A stretch of 61,023 nt of DNA, counting the filler, from Basidiobolus ranarum (taxonomy: Eukaryota), in assembly GCA_040143965.1 (NCBI GenBank). It is 3 parts of 3 records of this genome, joined end to end, with 100 filler letters (N's around TTAATTAATTAA, not from the genome) between each part and the next. Parts side by side here need not be neighbours in the genome. Positions count along the whole stretch, not along the records: positions 20,436 to 40,724 come from JASJQH010007107.1; positions 40,825 to 61,023 come from JASJQH010007108.1; 1 more part is not named here. One strand, 5' to 3'. The notes beneath the pieces were generated by a model. That model searched no databases, was not told the origin of the DNA, and saw only the letters and a program-made list of their open reading frames with translations. The position numbers and the translations under genes were made by a program. Each line of letters starts with the position of its first letter. Position 1 is the stretch's first letter. Below, piece by piece: positions 37,462 to 50,451 of the stretch.

Positions 37462-40009
37462 TTATTTCACGAATTTACGCTTCATCTTGAGTTTCTTGCG
37501 AGTGGCCGATTTGTGCTTTCTCTTGTATTCCTGGGTCAGCTCCGAACGCTGTTCTTTCCAAGCGGAAGTGACTTCCTCGCTAGAAAAGAGGGGGGAATTT
37601 AGTCTCTATGTTATGTGGAATCCACTAGGTTTGAGATACTTACATGCTTCCGGTCCTCATGAATACCTTCTCCTCTTTGAAGCTGGATCTCTTGTTCATT
37701 GCGGCGTCGTGGAAGTGGAAGAAGAATAATGCTCCAGATTTTTGAGTGACTGGCGCAGGTGCAGATAATGTGGAGGATTTGAATGGCGTGATTGGTTCAG
37801 ACTAACATAAATGTAAATAGCCTGACTGATAAGAAGATCAACATGGATGTTACTTACCGACTCTACTTCAGAAGTTCGGAAGGCGAATGGTGTCACGGGC
37901 TCATCATCACTCTCGGACTCCGACCCACCGAACAAGGCGAAACCTCCGTCAGTGCCTACATAATTACAAGTCCAAGTGAGTTGAAATTCATTAGCTTATA
38001 CAGAAGTTGTGATTCTTGGGGCTTACTTGAGAAGACAGATTTGAGGTTGGCGTTGATGACCACCTTCTTCTCATCGGATACTTCCGGAGCAGCGCTAGGC
38101 TGATATGTGCTTGTGGGTAGGTCTTCGGTTTCCTCGGAAGATTCGTGTTCTAATAGCTCATCAGCATCTTCGGCATCGGGATCGAAACGTAATACAGGCT
38201 TCCAGTACTTAGCATGCATCTCTGTGGGCTTTTCACTAAAGAGACAAGGTTAGACTCTAGCGTTCAATGTATATTCAACAAGGTACTTACACTATAGGTG
38301 TGGGGGAATCTTGGAAGAGGGAGTTAAGGATGCTCATGGCAGCAGAGTTTTCTTGTCTAACGTTGATTCCATCTTCTCCTTCATACTCTTGCTCCTTTTC
38401 TGTATCCTCCCTGCGTTTAGCTTCGGCACGTCGAGCGGTTTCTTCTGGATCAATGAAGTCTTCTCCAAGCTTAAAACGCTCGTCACCACCGAACCGTTTT
38501 TGAAGAGCAAGACGTCCCCGACCACCCTCACCTTCAAACGCTTCGTTGATCTCAATGTCTGCGGTAAGAAGAATCAGCGGTGAAGCACAATAAACAAAAT
38601 ATAAACCAAGAAATAAATACCAAATGTTTCTGGATCTTGATCATCATCCGAATCAGAATCAAATAGGGTCTTCCCGTGTGATTGTCCCTCTTCGCTAGAA
38701 TCTTCGAAAACAATGTGACCTTCAGATTTCTATCGAGGGGATATTGTCAGCATCCTGAACGATGTCCTTACATTGCGAAAAAGTTCCCTACCTTGCCATC
38801 AATGTTAGAAAGTGACTCTTTAATCATCTTCTTTGATCTCTCCTGTTCCTCCTGTCGTCTCTTTAAGGCTTCAAGTCTATGCTCGTTTGCTTGCTCCTGC
38901 ACATGTGTGAGAATCCAGTTCAGTAAAATCTGAGATCATTATATGACTAACCTTGAATGCATTCTCGTTAGTGGGCTTTCTAGGTTCAGCTACAGGTGCG
39001 GGTGTGGGTGCGGGTATGGATGGTTCCTCAGAAATTAAATAATTGGGCATATCGTCTCCTTTCTCATAACTCCAGGTGAGTTTCGATATTGGTAGGGGTT
39101 TAACGGAGCCGAACAATTTCTCGAGATTATTTTTGTAATGGGAAGGGTCATAAGTAAACTAAGGAACATCGATCAACGTGTGATTAGAATATGAAGAGCA
39201 AGTCAGTAGCATAACATCAATGTTAGTATACCGGTGTTCCATCCAATTTGGTAAGTTTCATAACTGCCACTGCACGTCCGTAACGTCCTCTTTTCCAACC
39301 CTTGAAGAAAGTGATTTAGTTCGTATCGATGTCATTGAATCAACTTAGCATTTCATTGAATGTGGTGTATGTGAACTTACTTTACGACCGTCCATATTTT
39401 TTTCATTGACTAGAGTCATATCGGCTGCTAAACTACCATCACAGGAACCTCTTCTCTTTTTCTTTGGTTTCTCCGCTCTAGCTTTTGCATCCGCCCATTC
39501 CTTCTTCAATCTATTAGAAATATTTGAGTAAAAAATAGGGTTTACTCTTGAAAAACACGCGACACTTACTTGGTCATGTAGTCAGTCTTGGCTTCCTCAA
39601 GTTTCAATTGATGACCCTTCCATTTAGTTCCGTTGTACATAGAATAACCTAAAGAAAGGAAAGGGTGGTTTCAGTATTAAAAGAGTAAAGAAATCAAGAT
39701 AAAATAATAATACATTTTTTCCAATTCGCAGGAGTTATATTGATGTTTAAGTAAGCAAAACCACGACATTTTCCTAAACCGAATAAAATTCCAACATAAG
39801 TTCCAAACATTCTTTCCTTACTTCTAAATGTTCTTCTATTTACCAGTAAACTCGCTTTCTATCACTTCTACTGAAGAAATGTCCCCGAAATTTTTGAACC
39901 GTTTCTCAATATCTGTGGAAGTTACTTCTGGTGCTAAACCACCTACATAAATTCTTTTATCTTCAGCCACTGCCACTGCTACTGCTTCTGTAACATTATC
40001 CGTTGACAT
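37462..40009 (-). CDS. NOL8: Nucleolar RRM protein NOL8/Nop8-like, many exons
   Basis: N-terminal RRM (RIYVGGL, CRGFAYLN, YNGTKWKG..LKLEEAK.DY), acidic middle, basic C-terminus W..QR.ELT.EYKRKHKSA.RK. Confidence 0.78.
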
Positions 40010-40614
40010 CTCCACTTGACTAAGGTACGTGCTTTGGGTGGAAAAAGTATGAAAATTCGGAAACTTTGTAAATGATAATATAGATGGAATTTCTATACCT
40101 AAAATTTCCTTACCAAATTTCCCTTCAACCTTTTTTTTTCTTTTTTACTATATTACACCCATATATCATAAACCTTTTAGTCGATCAAACTGAGATCGAA
40201 ATTTTGCTTAGCGATTAACGTAATAATACTATGTAATATTGTTTATATCTTAATTTATAATGCATTCTATTGAAGAAATAACTGTATCAAAGCTGTATGC
40301 GCACTTTCCAAAGGGATTCTCATGCTCAATCGATAAATCTAACATTTATTGTCCATTGTCCTAACAAAGCAAACAATGCTGGTATGTATATGTATTTTAT
40401 AACACAGCAAAGTCACCAGTCAAACCGTTGTAAAAGTGGTATTGCATGATGTATTTATTAAGGATGAATTAGAAGTACTCAGGAAAATTGGAAAAAATAT
40501 ATGATTCGCACATTGTGCTTATTGAATTAAACTATAGAGAAATAACTATAGACTGGGGACTACATGTGACCAAGTAAGCTCAGGGAATGATTAGCAAAGC
40601 TTTTGAGGGTTTGT

Positions 40615-40724
40615 TGTTGAAATTAGCATTGCCTAAACACCTATATAGTCATATATAGCTTAGTACTTAGTTATCTTATAATTCACTAAGATATTATCCA
40701 TTATTCTCATAAGGAATTTACTTA
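40615..40724 (+). mobile_element. 348-bp LTR family copy B, truncated at contig end
   Basis: TGTTGAAATTAGCATTGCCTAAACACCTATATAG... nearly identical to the start of copy A. Confidence 0.85.
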
Positions 40725-40824
40725 NNNNNNNNNNNNNNNNNNNNNNNNNNNNNNNNNNNNNNNNNNNNTTAATTAATTAANNNNNNNNNNNNNNNNNNNN
40801 NNNNNNNNNNNNNNNNNNNNNNNN
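40725..40824. other. Artificial contig linker
   Basis: N run + TTAATTAATTAA + N run, 100 nt. Confidence 0.98.
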
Positions 40825-41937
40825 GTACCTTACATGGAATTGCCAAGATGTGAGGCTTAGTTCATGGCAAAATCGCATTCTGATCTGGGCAAAGCTTGAA
40901 CCTTCACCATCAAAGCCATAAAAGCAAAACGCCCCAGGTAAAAAAGAAGGCAAGCAAAAGGAAAGCCAAGAATCAAACTCTCTTCCTCCTCAGTTATCGC
41001 TATAGGAGTACAAGTAAGATTTTAAAAAATATATTGATTGTTTAGAAATCATCATGTCCACAAAAAAACTAAAACGTCTAGTTTAACTGTAATGGGCCAA
41101 GCAAGCAGATCAATAGTCAAGTAAAACATCGCATATCGGCCCATCAAGAATATTCTATTGTAGTGGATGTTAAGCCAACTAATACATGAGCTACCGTGGG
41201 TAACAATTCCAAAACTAAGGCCATTGATAGGAACGAATCAACTTCCAAATTAGCTATTTAATCAGCTGCGTATCAATAGTAAGAAATATTGGGATGTTTT
41301 ACTTGTTACGTCTCGTCTACCTAGCCATTCAAGCCGAGTGAGTGAAAAGGATCTGAGACAACACCTATGTATTGGGCAACATGGTCACTTCGCCTAAACA
41401 GATCACCATAAGGCATTCATCTTTGAATAGAATTAGTTAATCAGGTATACGATTTCCATGGGGAAACTGCCTAATAAAGCCTGCTTTGATCAAGAATCCT
41501 ACAAGCTCCATTTTCTTGTGAATTGTCGTGTTAACTTGGGCTACATGTCTAGGGTTAGACTATACAAGCTTACGCAGTATTCCTCAGCGTTTTTATTTCA
41601 TTGTATTTTGGGCGGAAATTATCCAGAATTGGAATATATTCCTTCGTAACAATTGGCTATTTCTAAATATTACGTAATTCAGGTTTATCTCTGATTACTC
41701 AAACTGATGTCCTATTTCAGAGAAGGAAGTCTTGTCGCGTGTAGCAGCAAGGTTATCGTCAGTGTATCGCAACTGGTAGAATCGACCTGAGTCAAGTTAA
41801 GCCTGTATTCTCTACTATCTATGACACATGTTTTCAGTCCATGCCGTATGCATTATGTGATGTGCTTTTTTTTGAACACAAGCAACCTATGATTTGGCAC
41901 TCAGTTAATTCCATATTGCATTCCGCCAGCTTAATGA

Positions 41938-42594
41938 CCATCTCTATTTCTAAAAAGGAAGACTTTGTTGTTGCTATTGAACCGGAAATATGAGTTATAT
42001 GAGTGGTCTATACAATGCTTAAATACAAAACCAATTCATCACATGTTCGACAAACAATAAGAAACTCGAGAGAAACGAGAAGTGCATATTCAGCCATACC
42101 TCTCATTCATGAAACAATCCATCCACGCAATGTTCGCCCTCTTCAATAAAGAGCGTATAATATGGAATACTCACCCCCACTGTAAAGATGCTCAATCAAT
42201 TAAGCTTTTCTACATGATCTTCGTGGGACGATGATGTCAACTTCGATCCAATTATGGAATGGCATTTTATACATCTTCTTGCATTATCTTGTGTGATTGG
42301 AAATATCTACTTCTGATGAGCGCCATGAATGATATGATACGTATTCAAACAAAGGAACCATCAAGAGACCAAGAAGAATTGCGATCTCGCTAGCAGTACT
42401 TCAGATTCAGTCAAACCAGCCAGTACTAAAGAGTGGTTAGGTGCTTGATGAATGAATTTGACTCAAAGCGGCAACAATTTGAAACCAATGTATACCATTT
42501 GAATATGAAATACTCGAGCAATGAAGCAGAAGAGTTACCACGAGTCTACGTATTATTGGAGAGATTGGTCTGTGAGAAGCACACTGTATAGTAA
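41938..42594 (+). pseudogene. Possible decayed ORF of unknown family
   Basis: One frame of ~215 codons has only four internal stops (LLLNRKYELYEWSIQC...RVYVLLERLVCEKHTV); no family recognised. Confidence 0.3.
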
Positions 42595-43372
42595 AGCCGA
42601 GGCGGTGATTCGTCAACATATGAACATGACTAAATCGGGATTGTCGAGTTTAAATTTAAGTCAGCTCGTAACAAGTGTATCAACGTGTCAGTTCTTATCC
42701 GCATGTAGCAGATATCATTCAAATGAAAGGTATGACTACTTTAATATGGGGCATTCGCGAAAACTTTAAATGAATGAAGTGTTTGTTTTTGTTTTATTAT
42801 CGTAAATATGGAGGGTTTCTGTTTAGAATATATTGGACGAGGAGAGGCTCGACAGCAGTTTACTATCGCCGTCACATTTGACAAATATGGTGGCTAACAA
42901 GTTCAAAAATGTTTGGTTTTCTTATTATGTCGAGGATTACCAAGCGTCAACCTATAGGAGCTACTATGTTCGTGTATTATATCGGTCTGTAATTTTAATT
43001 TTGTCAGTAACCAGTCTAAACTAAACATTCATTTAAATAATGTATATTTCATACTTACCATTGTTTTGGTACACTCCAAAGCTATGGATGAAATCTCATG
43101 TAGACTTGTTTTAAAGGATCGCATTTGTTAGAAACGATCCCCATTTTGTGTCGATCCTATACCTATAATATTTGATTGCTGAGGGGGCTTCGAGATATAA
43201 ATACAGACGTGGAAATTACTTGTGCTGCAAATCAACCCAAGCAAATATCGGCCATAGAGTGAGTCCATTCTACCTCCTGCATAATCGATTATATACTCCC
43301 GAATCCTCCTTCTCGTTAACTTGCTTATCCTTCCCTTGACAAGAGTCGACAGATTCTTAAAATTTCGCTACT

Positions 43373-46300
43373 ATGGTGAGATACACTGATGTAGCTTGGC
43401 TTCTGGCTGTCTTTCTACTTGCCTCACACGTCAATTCCGTTCCACTGATCCCAAGTAAACAATACTACAATATATGTAAAGAAGTTGACCATAAAGTTAA
43501 TCGCTTATTTTTAATCTAGTAAATGAAAATGATACTAAAGGGCAAACCTGTCCATTGGGCACCAGAAAACACGCGATGTGTCCTGTTCTTTGCGTGACGG
43601 ATATAAATCAATGTCCCCAATCAATTCGTCCATCTTGCCCCGAAGGTCAGAGTTATTGTCCAGATGGCTCTTGTAAAGGCTCATGCGCAGGATCGGTCAG
43701 CAATTGTATATGCCCGGGTATCCAATTAAGCCAACAATATTATCCTTGTAACAAAGGGCAATGGGTGAACATTCCTCAATTTGACCCTAAAAGAGTGGAT
43801 GCTCAAACCGGTGAGGTATGCGCGAGGGAGCTAGGTCTTAATAATATCCCTCTTGTAGCTCTAGGCTCTACTAGTAGTCAACTCTGGCTTACTTGCCCTA
43901 AAACTAAACAAGTGCAACAATTTACGTACACGGAGCCGATGTGGATTGGAGTTTGGACAATTCTAAGTACGGAAGTTTTCCTTCTAATTACCTGGCATCT
44001 TTACAAGACATTCGCGGAGAGGTCAATTCGACAAGAAAATATTGCTCGTCGCAAGGAATCATATCAAACTGAACAACAAATATCTGAAAAAGATCAGCCA
44101 AACGAAAAGGCTAAAAGAGAACAAGTTGAGGTTGATGAAGAACAGGACAATAGTGATTTCATCATCAAAGGATATAATAACTGCTTTTATGGGACTATTA
44201 CTTTCTGGTCTGTTGTTCTCATGGTCATTGGCTGGTTTGTGTGGTTGGGTGTCCTCACTGGGGATTACTATGGTACTATTACAGGAGCCCCCTTTGGTCT
44301 TACTAAATTGGATGGAACTCTTTCTTCCAACGTGTTTGTTTCAGTATGGTACTTTGCTGCGGCTTGGTTGCTTGGAGTCAACATACTTCGTGCTCGGATT
44401 CGAAACTATTTCAGAATTCAAGGCCGGCCTAACAAATCCAACTATATCCAATTCGAACGTGAATTGAAGACAAATATTCTTCTCGATGACCACAGCCACC
44501 TCTTGACCGTTGTTCGTAACTTGGAAACCAAACTCAAGCATTTCTTTGGTTGGGATTATCATGTTACAACAAGCCCCGTACAAAAGACTACTCTTGGCCG
44601 TCGGTTCTTCGAATTTCAATGTACCCGGTTTGTTTTCGATGATGAAATTCAAGATTATAAGCCCTTCCAGATTGATATTGGTCAAACCAATCATGACCTT
44701 CTTCAAGAGGTACATGGCTTGACAAAAGAGGAGGCAATTCGAAGAAAAGAGCTTGTTGGAAGTAATTTTATCAGTGTTAAGGTTCCCTCTTTTCCAGTAG
44801 CACTGTTACAAGAGTTTACCTCGTTTTTCTACCTGTATCAGTTTATGATTCTCTGGCTATTCTACTACTACAACTACTACTACATCGGTATCGTCGATAC
44901 TGCTGTAATCCTTATTTCTTCATTGATTCGGGTATTTACAAGGCTTACCTCTGAACATCGCGTAAAAAAAATGGCAGAACATCGTAGTGATTGTTCGGTG
45001 CTTCGGGACGGCCAATGGATTGAGCTTTCTACCGCTGAACTCGTACCAGGTGATGTGTTTGAAGTTGCAAAGGATATGGCTGTGCCTTGTGATGGTGTCA
45101 TAATTAGTGGAAATATTGTCGTTGATGAGAGTTCTTTAACAGGCGAACCTTTGCCAATTCGTAAGTTTCCTCTGAATGATGATAACATTAATTATGATGC
45201 CTCAGGATCTGGAAAAAACAACACCCTCTATGCCGGTACCACAGTTTCGCAGGCTACGCCTATCGGTCAAGAAAATCACCAGAAGGTAACTGCTCTTGTA
45301 TTACGCACGAATACTGCCACCGATAAAGGAAAATTGGTCCGGAAGATTCTCTTCCCCAATCCTATACTGTTCGTATTTGATGAACAACTACGTGTTGTGA
45401 TGGCTGTTCTTCTTTGCTATGGATTAATATGCTTTGGTGTTGCACTTTGGCTGGGAGGTCGTGGTGACATTGCTGCTTGGTTCTACGGCATGTTTACTAT
45501 TTCCCAAATTATATCCCCCTTACTACCAGCAGCTTTAGTAGTCGGTCAGAGTGTTGCAGCCAACCGTCTACGTAAATTAAAGATCTTCTGTGTTGATCTT
45601 CCCAGAATCATTATTGCTGGTAAGGTTCGTATCTTTTGCTTCGACAAGACAGGTACTTTAACAAAAGAGGGTCTGGAGTTTTACGGCGTTCAACCTATCA
45701 ATACGTACGAGGATGGCCACGATGCTCTTGCTGAAAAACAAACTACTCCTAGTTTTATGGAGCGGAACGATAAATTTCCAAATATTACTCGAGTTATTCG
45801 TCTTGGGGTAGCCACTTGTCATACTGTAACCAAAGTTAAAGATCAGTTAATTGGCAATCCAGTCGATATTGAGATGTTCCGCGCTACCAAGTGGGAACTC
45901 GCCCCACAGGCAGAAGGGAATTACTTGGATACTTTAATTCCAACTGAAGAACCGAATGCAACTCCGATACAGGTTGTAAAGAGATACGAATTCGTCCACG
46001 CTCGTGCTTCCATGTCGGTAGCAATTCTTGATCCAACGTCAGGCCACGTCCATGTTTACGTAAAGGGATCTTTTGAGAAGGTAAAAGAGTTATGCGATCC
46101 AGCCTTTATCCCAGCGGACTATGATACCATGTGTAACAAGTTAGCTATGGAGGGTTGCTATGTATTAGCTATGGCGCATCGCGATCTAGGAAAGATCGAT
46201 CCACAATCCATACTTGAGTGGTCTCGTGAAGAGATGGAAAGCCATGTAAAACTGATGGGGCTTATTCTCTTTAAGAATATGTTAAAGGATGATACCACCA

Positions 46301-47640
46301 GTGCAATCGGGCAACTCAAAGAAGGTGGAACACGTACGGTTATGATTACAGGTGATACTGCTTTGACTGGAATTTATATCGCTCGTCAGTGTGGCATGAT
46401 TCCACCCAATAACCGTGTACTGCTTGGCGATGTATCCAGGACGGGACTGGTTTGGACCGATGTAGATACTGGTGAAGCTACGAATATGGAACAAGCTGTA
46501 GACGATAAACATAACATTCCAGTAGAGTTGGCAGTTACCAACAAAGCATTTAACCATATGGTAGAGGATGATTCTGTCCGCAAGTACCTGCTAGATATTC
46601 GTGTCTATGCAAGGATGAAGCCGAATGACAAAGTCGAGTGTGTACAACTTCATATGGAGCGGGGTGTTACGGCTATGTGTGGCGACGGTGGTAATGATTG
46701 TGGTGCTCTTCGTGCCTCTCACGTAGGCCTTGCCTTAAGCGAAGCTGAAGCTTCTATTGTTTCCCCGTTTAGCAGTAGCACACGTTCGATTATGTCCTGT
46801 GTTGAGCTTCTAAAGCAAGGACGAGCTGCCTTAGCAACTTCTTTTGCCGGTTACAAATATCTTATCATGTATGGTCAGACCATGGCTTGGGTCAAGATAT
46901 TCACTTTCTACTACTCCATGCAGCCATCTCAAAATGTGTGGATTATGATCGATGCATTTGTAACCGTTGGACTCTCCTGGGCTGTTACTCAATCAATGGC
47001 AGCCACTAGATTAGCTGATACTCGCCCTACTGCCCGTATTCTCGGACCTGAGACTTTAGCATCTGTTCTCGGCCAAATTGTTATCAATCATCTGTTCTTT
47101 ATTGGAGCTTTTATCTTCCTGAGACAGCAAAGTTGGTATCGTTGTAATGAATTCGACTCTAGTATTGTCGATTATTCCAAGTGGTGGCTCCTGGGAGATA
47201 ATTACGAGTCGGAAACTGCCTCGTTTGTGTCTCTATATCAATTCGTCAACGCAGCCATGGTATTCAATTTCGGCCACAAATATCGTGCAGCTGGGTGGAG
47301 AAATTGGAAGTTACTCATCCTCTGGGCTGGACTATTGGTCATAGTCATGTATTCTCAGTTAGCTAACCCTAACCGACTAGGTTGCCTTTTACGTCTGAAC
47401 TGCGGAACAGCCGAAGTCCTTGAAGAACTGGGGTATGGCTATCCTAGCTGGTATATCGAGCCTTACAGCCTACCACAAGGCCACAATGTATATCCTACAG
47501 ATTTTAGATGGAAACTTTGGGGTCTAAGTATTGCCAATATGATTGCTGGAATATTTTGGCAAGTAGTGGTGGTTCTAGAGCCAGTGCGTGAGTACACGAA
47601 GCGTAAATATCCGCAGAAGAGATTAACACTCAAATTGTAA
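43373..47640 (+). CDS. P5-type ATPase with signal peptide and Cys-rich N-terminal domain, 2 exons
   Basis: ATG 43373; intron 43455-43519 joins in frame to the 1361-aa ORF; DESSLTGEP, CFDKTGTLT, KGS.E, ARMKP..K, MCGDGGNDCGAL, SEAEASIVSPF. Confidence 0.9.
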
Positions 47641-48175
47641 GTAGTTCCGCTCCTCCAATACAAACCTTGCATCGTTTTTACCCATCTTGTTTGTGTATCT
47701 GAAAATGTTCATTTCAATTTAATTTGTTCTCAATTCCATTAAAATTTTATTCATGATTTCATCGTGAACAGTTGTAACTTACTCACGAGTTCTAATTATT
47801 CAAATTGACTCTCCCTATATCTGAAGAATGACAAGAATATGCCTTATTCTCAGACATGGATATCGACTGGAATATCGATAGCAAACTTGAACCTGGTTCT
47901 TATCGTTGAAACCAAGACTTGCTCAGCATAGATACGGGCTAACACAAAAGGGAAAATACACTATTTAGTACTTTGGTAGGAACCTTTCAAAAGACATGAA
48001 TCCGATATCTACTAATTACTACAGGATTCATCTGACAATATTTGGTCATCATTATCTACAAACTATCACAATATGTGAATTATCCTCATCTTTTTGTATT
48101 CCACCATTCAAATTGAAATATCTATCCTTAGACTAGACGAGCAACCTCTATGAAATCAGTATAGAACTTTGTATC

Positions 48176-48523
48176 TGTTAAAGTATTTGGGAGCCTGTTG
48201 GAAGTGATTTGGAGAATTAGAGAAATTGGTGGTTTTAACTTATTGATCTATTGAGTATTCAGTTGACATTTATAGTTTTGTCAAGATGTAAGCCAAATAA
48301 CATGTAGAATGTATTAAGGAAGGTCCCAGGAACATGTGTGCAAAGTTTGGGGCTTCTAGCACAAGTTTGAAAAATCTATATATCTGAGAACTTCCAAGTT
48401 GGTAAAAATATTTTAAGTAAATTCCGATTGAGAATAATGGGTAATATCTTAGTGAAATATAAGATAATTAAATACTAAGCTATATATGACTATATAGGTG
48501 TTTAGGCAAAGCTAATTTCAACA
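48176..48523 (-). mobile_element. Intact solo LTR (348 bp, copy C) with 5-bp TSD GTATC
   Basis: GTATC|TGTTAAAG...TTTCAACA|GTATC; TSDs at 48171-48175 and 48524-48528. Confidence 0.92.
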
Positions 48524-48605
48524 GTATCCACCCTTCGATCTGATATATAAAACCAGAACAATCTCTGTTATGCTACCATATATTATACACCCTTGACCTC
48601 CAAAT

Positions 48606-49306
48606 TGTTAGAGTATTTGGGAGCCTGTTGGAAGTGGTTTGGAGAATGAGAGAAATTGGTGGTTTTTGCTTATTGATTTATTGAGTTTTCAGTTGACATT
48701 TATAGTTTTGTCAAGATGTAAGCAAACTAACATGTATAATGTGCTAAAGAAGATCCCAAGAACATGTGTACAAAGTTTGGGGCTTCTAGCACAAGTTTGC
48801 AAAATCAATATATCTGAGAACTTCTAAGTTGGTGTCAATACTCTAAGTAAATTCCTTATGAGAATAATGGGTAATATCTTAGTTCAATAAAAGATAACTA
48901 AATAACAGGCTATATATTATTGAAATTAGCTTTGCCAAAACACCTATATAGTCATATATAGCTTAGTACTTAGTTATCTTATGTTTCACTAAGATATTAC
49001 CCATTATTCTCAATTGGAATTTACCTAAAATATTTTTACCAACTTAGAAGTTCTCAGATATGTAGATTTTTCAAACTTGTACTAGAAGCCCCAAACTTTG
49101 CACATATGTTCCTGGGACCTTTTTTAACACATTCTACACATTGGTTTGTTTACATCTTGACAAAACTATAAATGTCAACTGAATACTCAATAAATCAACA
49201 AATGAAAACCACCAATTTCTCTAATTCTCCAAACCACTTCCAACAGACTCCCAAATACTTTAACTTATATGACTATATAGGTGTTTAGGTAATGCTAATT
49301 TCAGCA
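48606..49306 (-). mobile_element. Solo LTR copy D, split by nested copy E
   Basis: TGTTAGAGTATTTGGG... to 48917, resumes at 49266 and ends GCTAATTTCAGCA. Confidence 0.88.
48918..49265 (+). mobile_element. Solo LTR copy E (348 bp), nested in opposite orientation inside copy D, TSD TATAT
   Basis: TATAT|TATTGAAATTAGC...AATACTTTAACT|TATAT; removing it plus one TSD restores GCTATATATGAC as in copy C. Confidence 0.88.
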
Positions 49307-50451
49307 ATTTGTTGATTGCATCACTAGCTTTCATACAACATCATTACAACAGCTCTCGAGTATAACCAAAACAATTTCTCATATTCCTCAGCCTCCTGGG
49401 TTTTTTGCTGTACATTCACTCCATCTAGATTTCATTGCATTTTGGTAGTTGATACACTGGCTTGAATCTTACATTTTGAGATATTCATTATTTTCCTGAT
49501 GTAGATTGAAGCGAATTGTGTGAGAACTCGACAACAACTTTGATAAGCTTTTAATTGATAGATCATGGCTTAAGAACTCTTTCACTTTTTTAGGGAGTAT
49601 AGTTCGTGGATGCCATACTTAAATAGGAGCAAGAATGAACATCGAGAAATATATTTAAATAAAAAAGAATCATTGTCTGAGAGTATGTAGAAAAGAGAAT
49701 ATTAATGATATCTAATGGCGTATTGAGACTGATAACGATTAGTGCCCAAATATATATCATAATTCGGCTTTTGAAATGTTTGAAATAGATTTACTATATT
49801 TGTATTTCAGTGCTCAGCTAATATATTTCAGCACATATAATGTTATAGGAATGCTAATCTGCTGCATGTAAGTTTTATTTATGAAATACGATGAAATGAG
49901 CTAGTTGTGGCAATAGTGTGTGTATTCCAAAATAGCATATATATATGATATTCGTTCTTTCACTTTTGCAATCAGACCCAGCTGACCATGAATAGTCTTA
50001 AAGCTTGGTTCAATTCTTGCCAATTTTAAGGTATATTTCCTAAAACATATCCATAATATCTAGCTCATACCATTGGCGGAAACAATTTCAGATTCATTAC
50101 TGTTCAAGATCCGAATTCCTTAATTGGGAAAATGTCTTCAAATCCATCTCATCCATCGCTCGAATTTCACACTATGAATTACTCAATATAGTTCGTAAAC
50201 GACGAATTGGTAATGATGCCATTCACTTTCAGCCATGTTTCTGGGCACCCGTTGATGATATAGAAGGATGCTTTTATTAAATAGAAAGGGCATAAATTAA
50301 AGGATGCATGATGTTTGGAGAAGTAAATAAGTGATGGCTTAAGAGGAAACGAAAGAGAAGAGGCTGGGACTAGCGATGGCATCTATGAAAGGATAAAAGA
50401 TGAATGTGGAAAATATTTACTCGAAACGGATGAAGGAAATTAAAGATACTT

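Noticed and set aside
48176..49306. CRISPR-like or satellite array
   Set aside because: Units are ~348 bp with TG..CA ends and 5-bp TSDs, with no repeat-spacer periodicity
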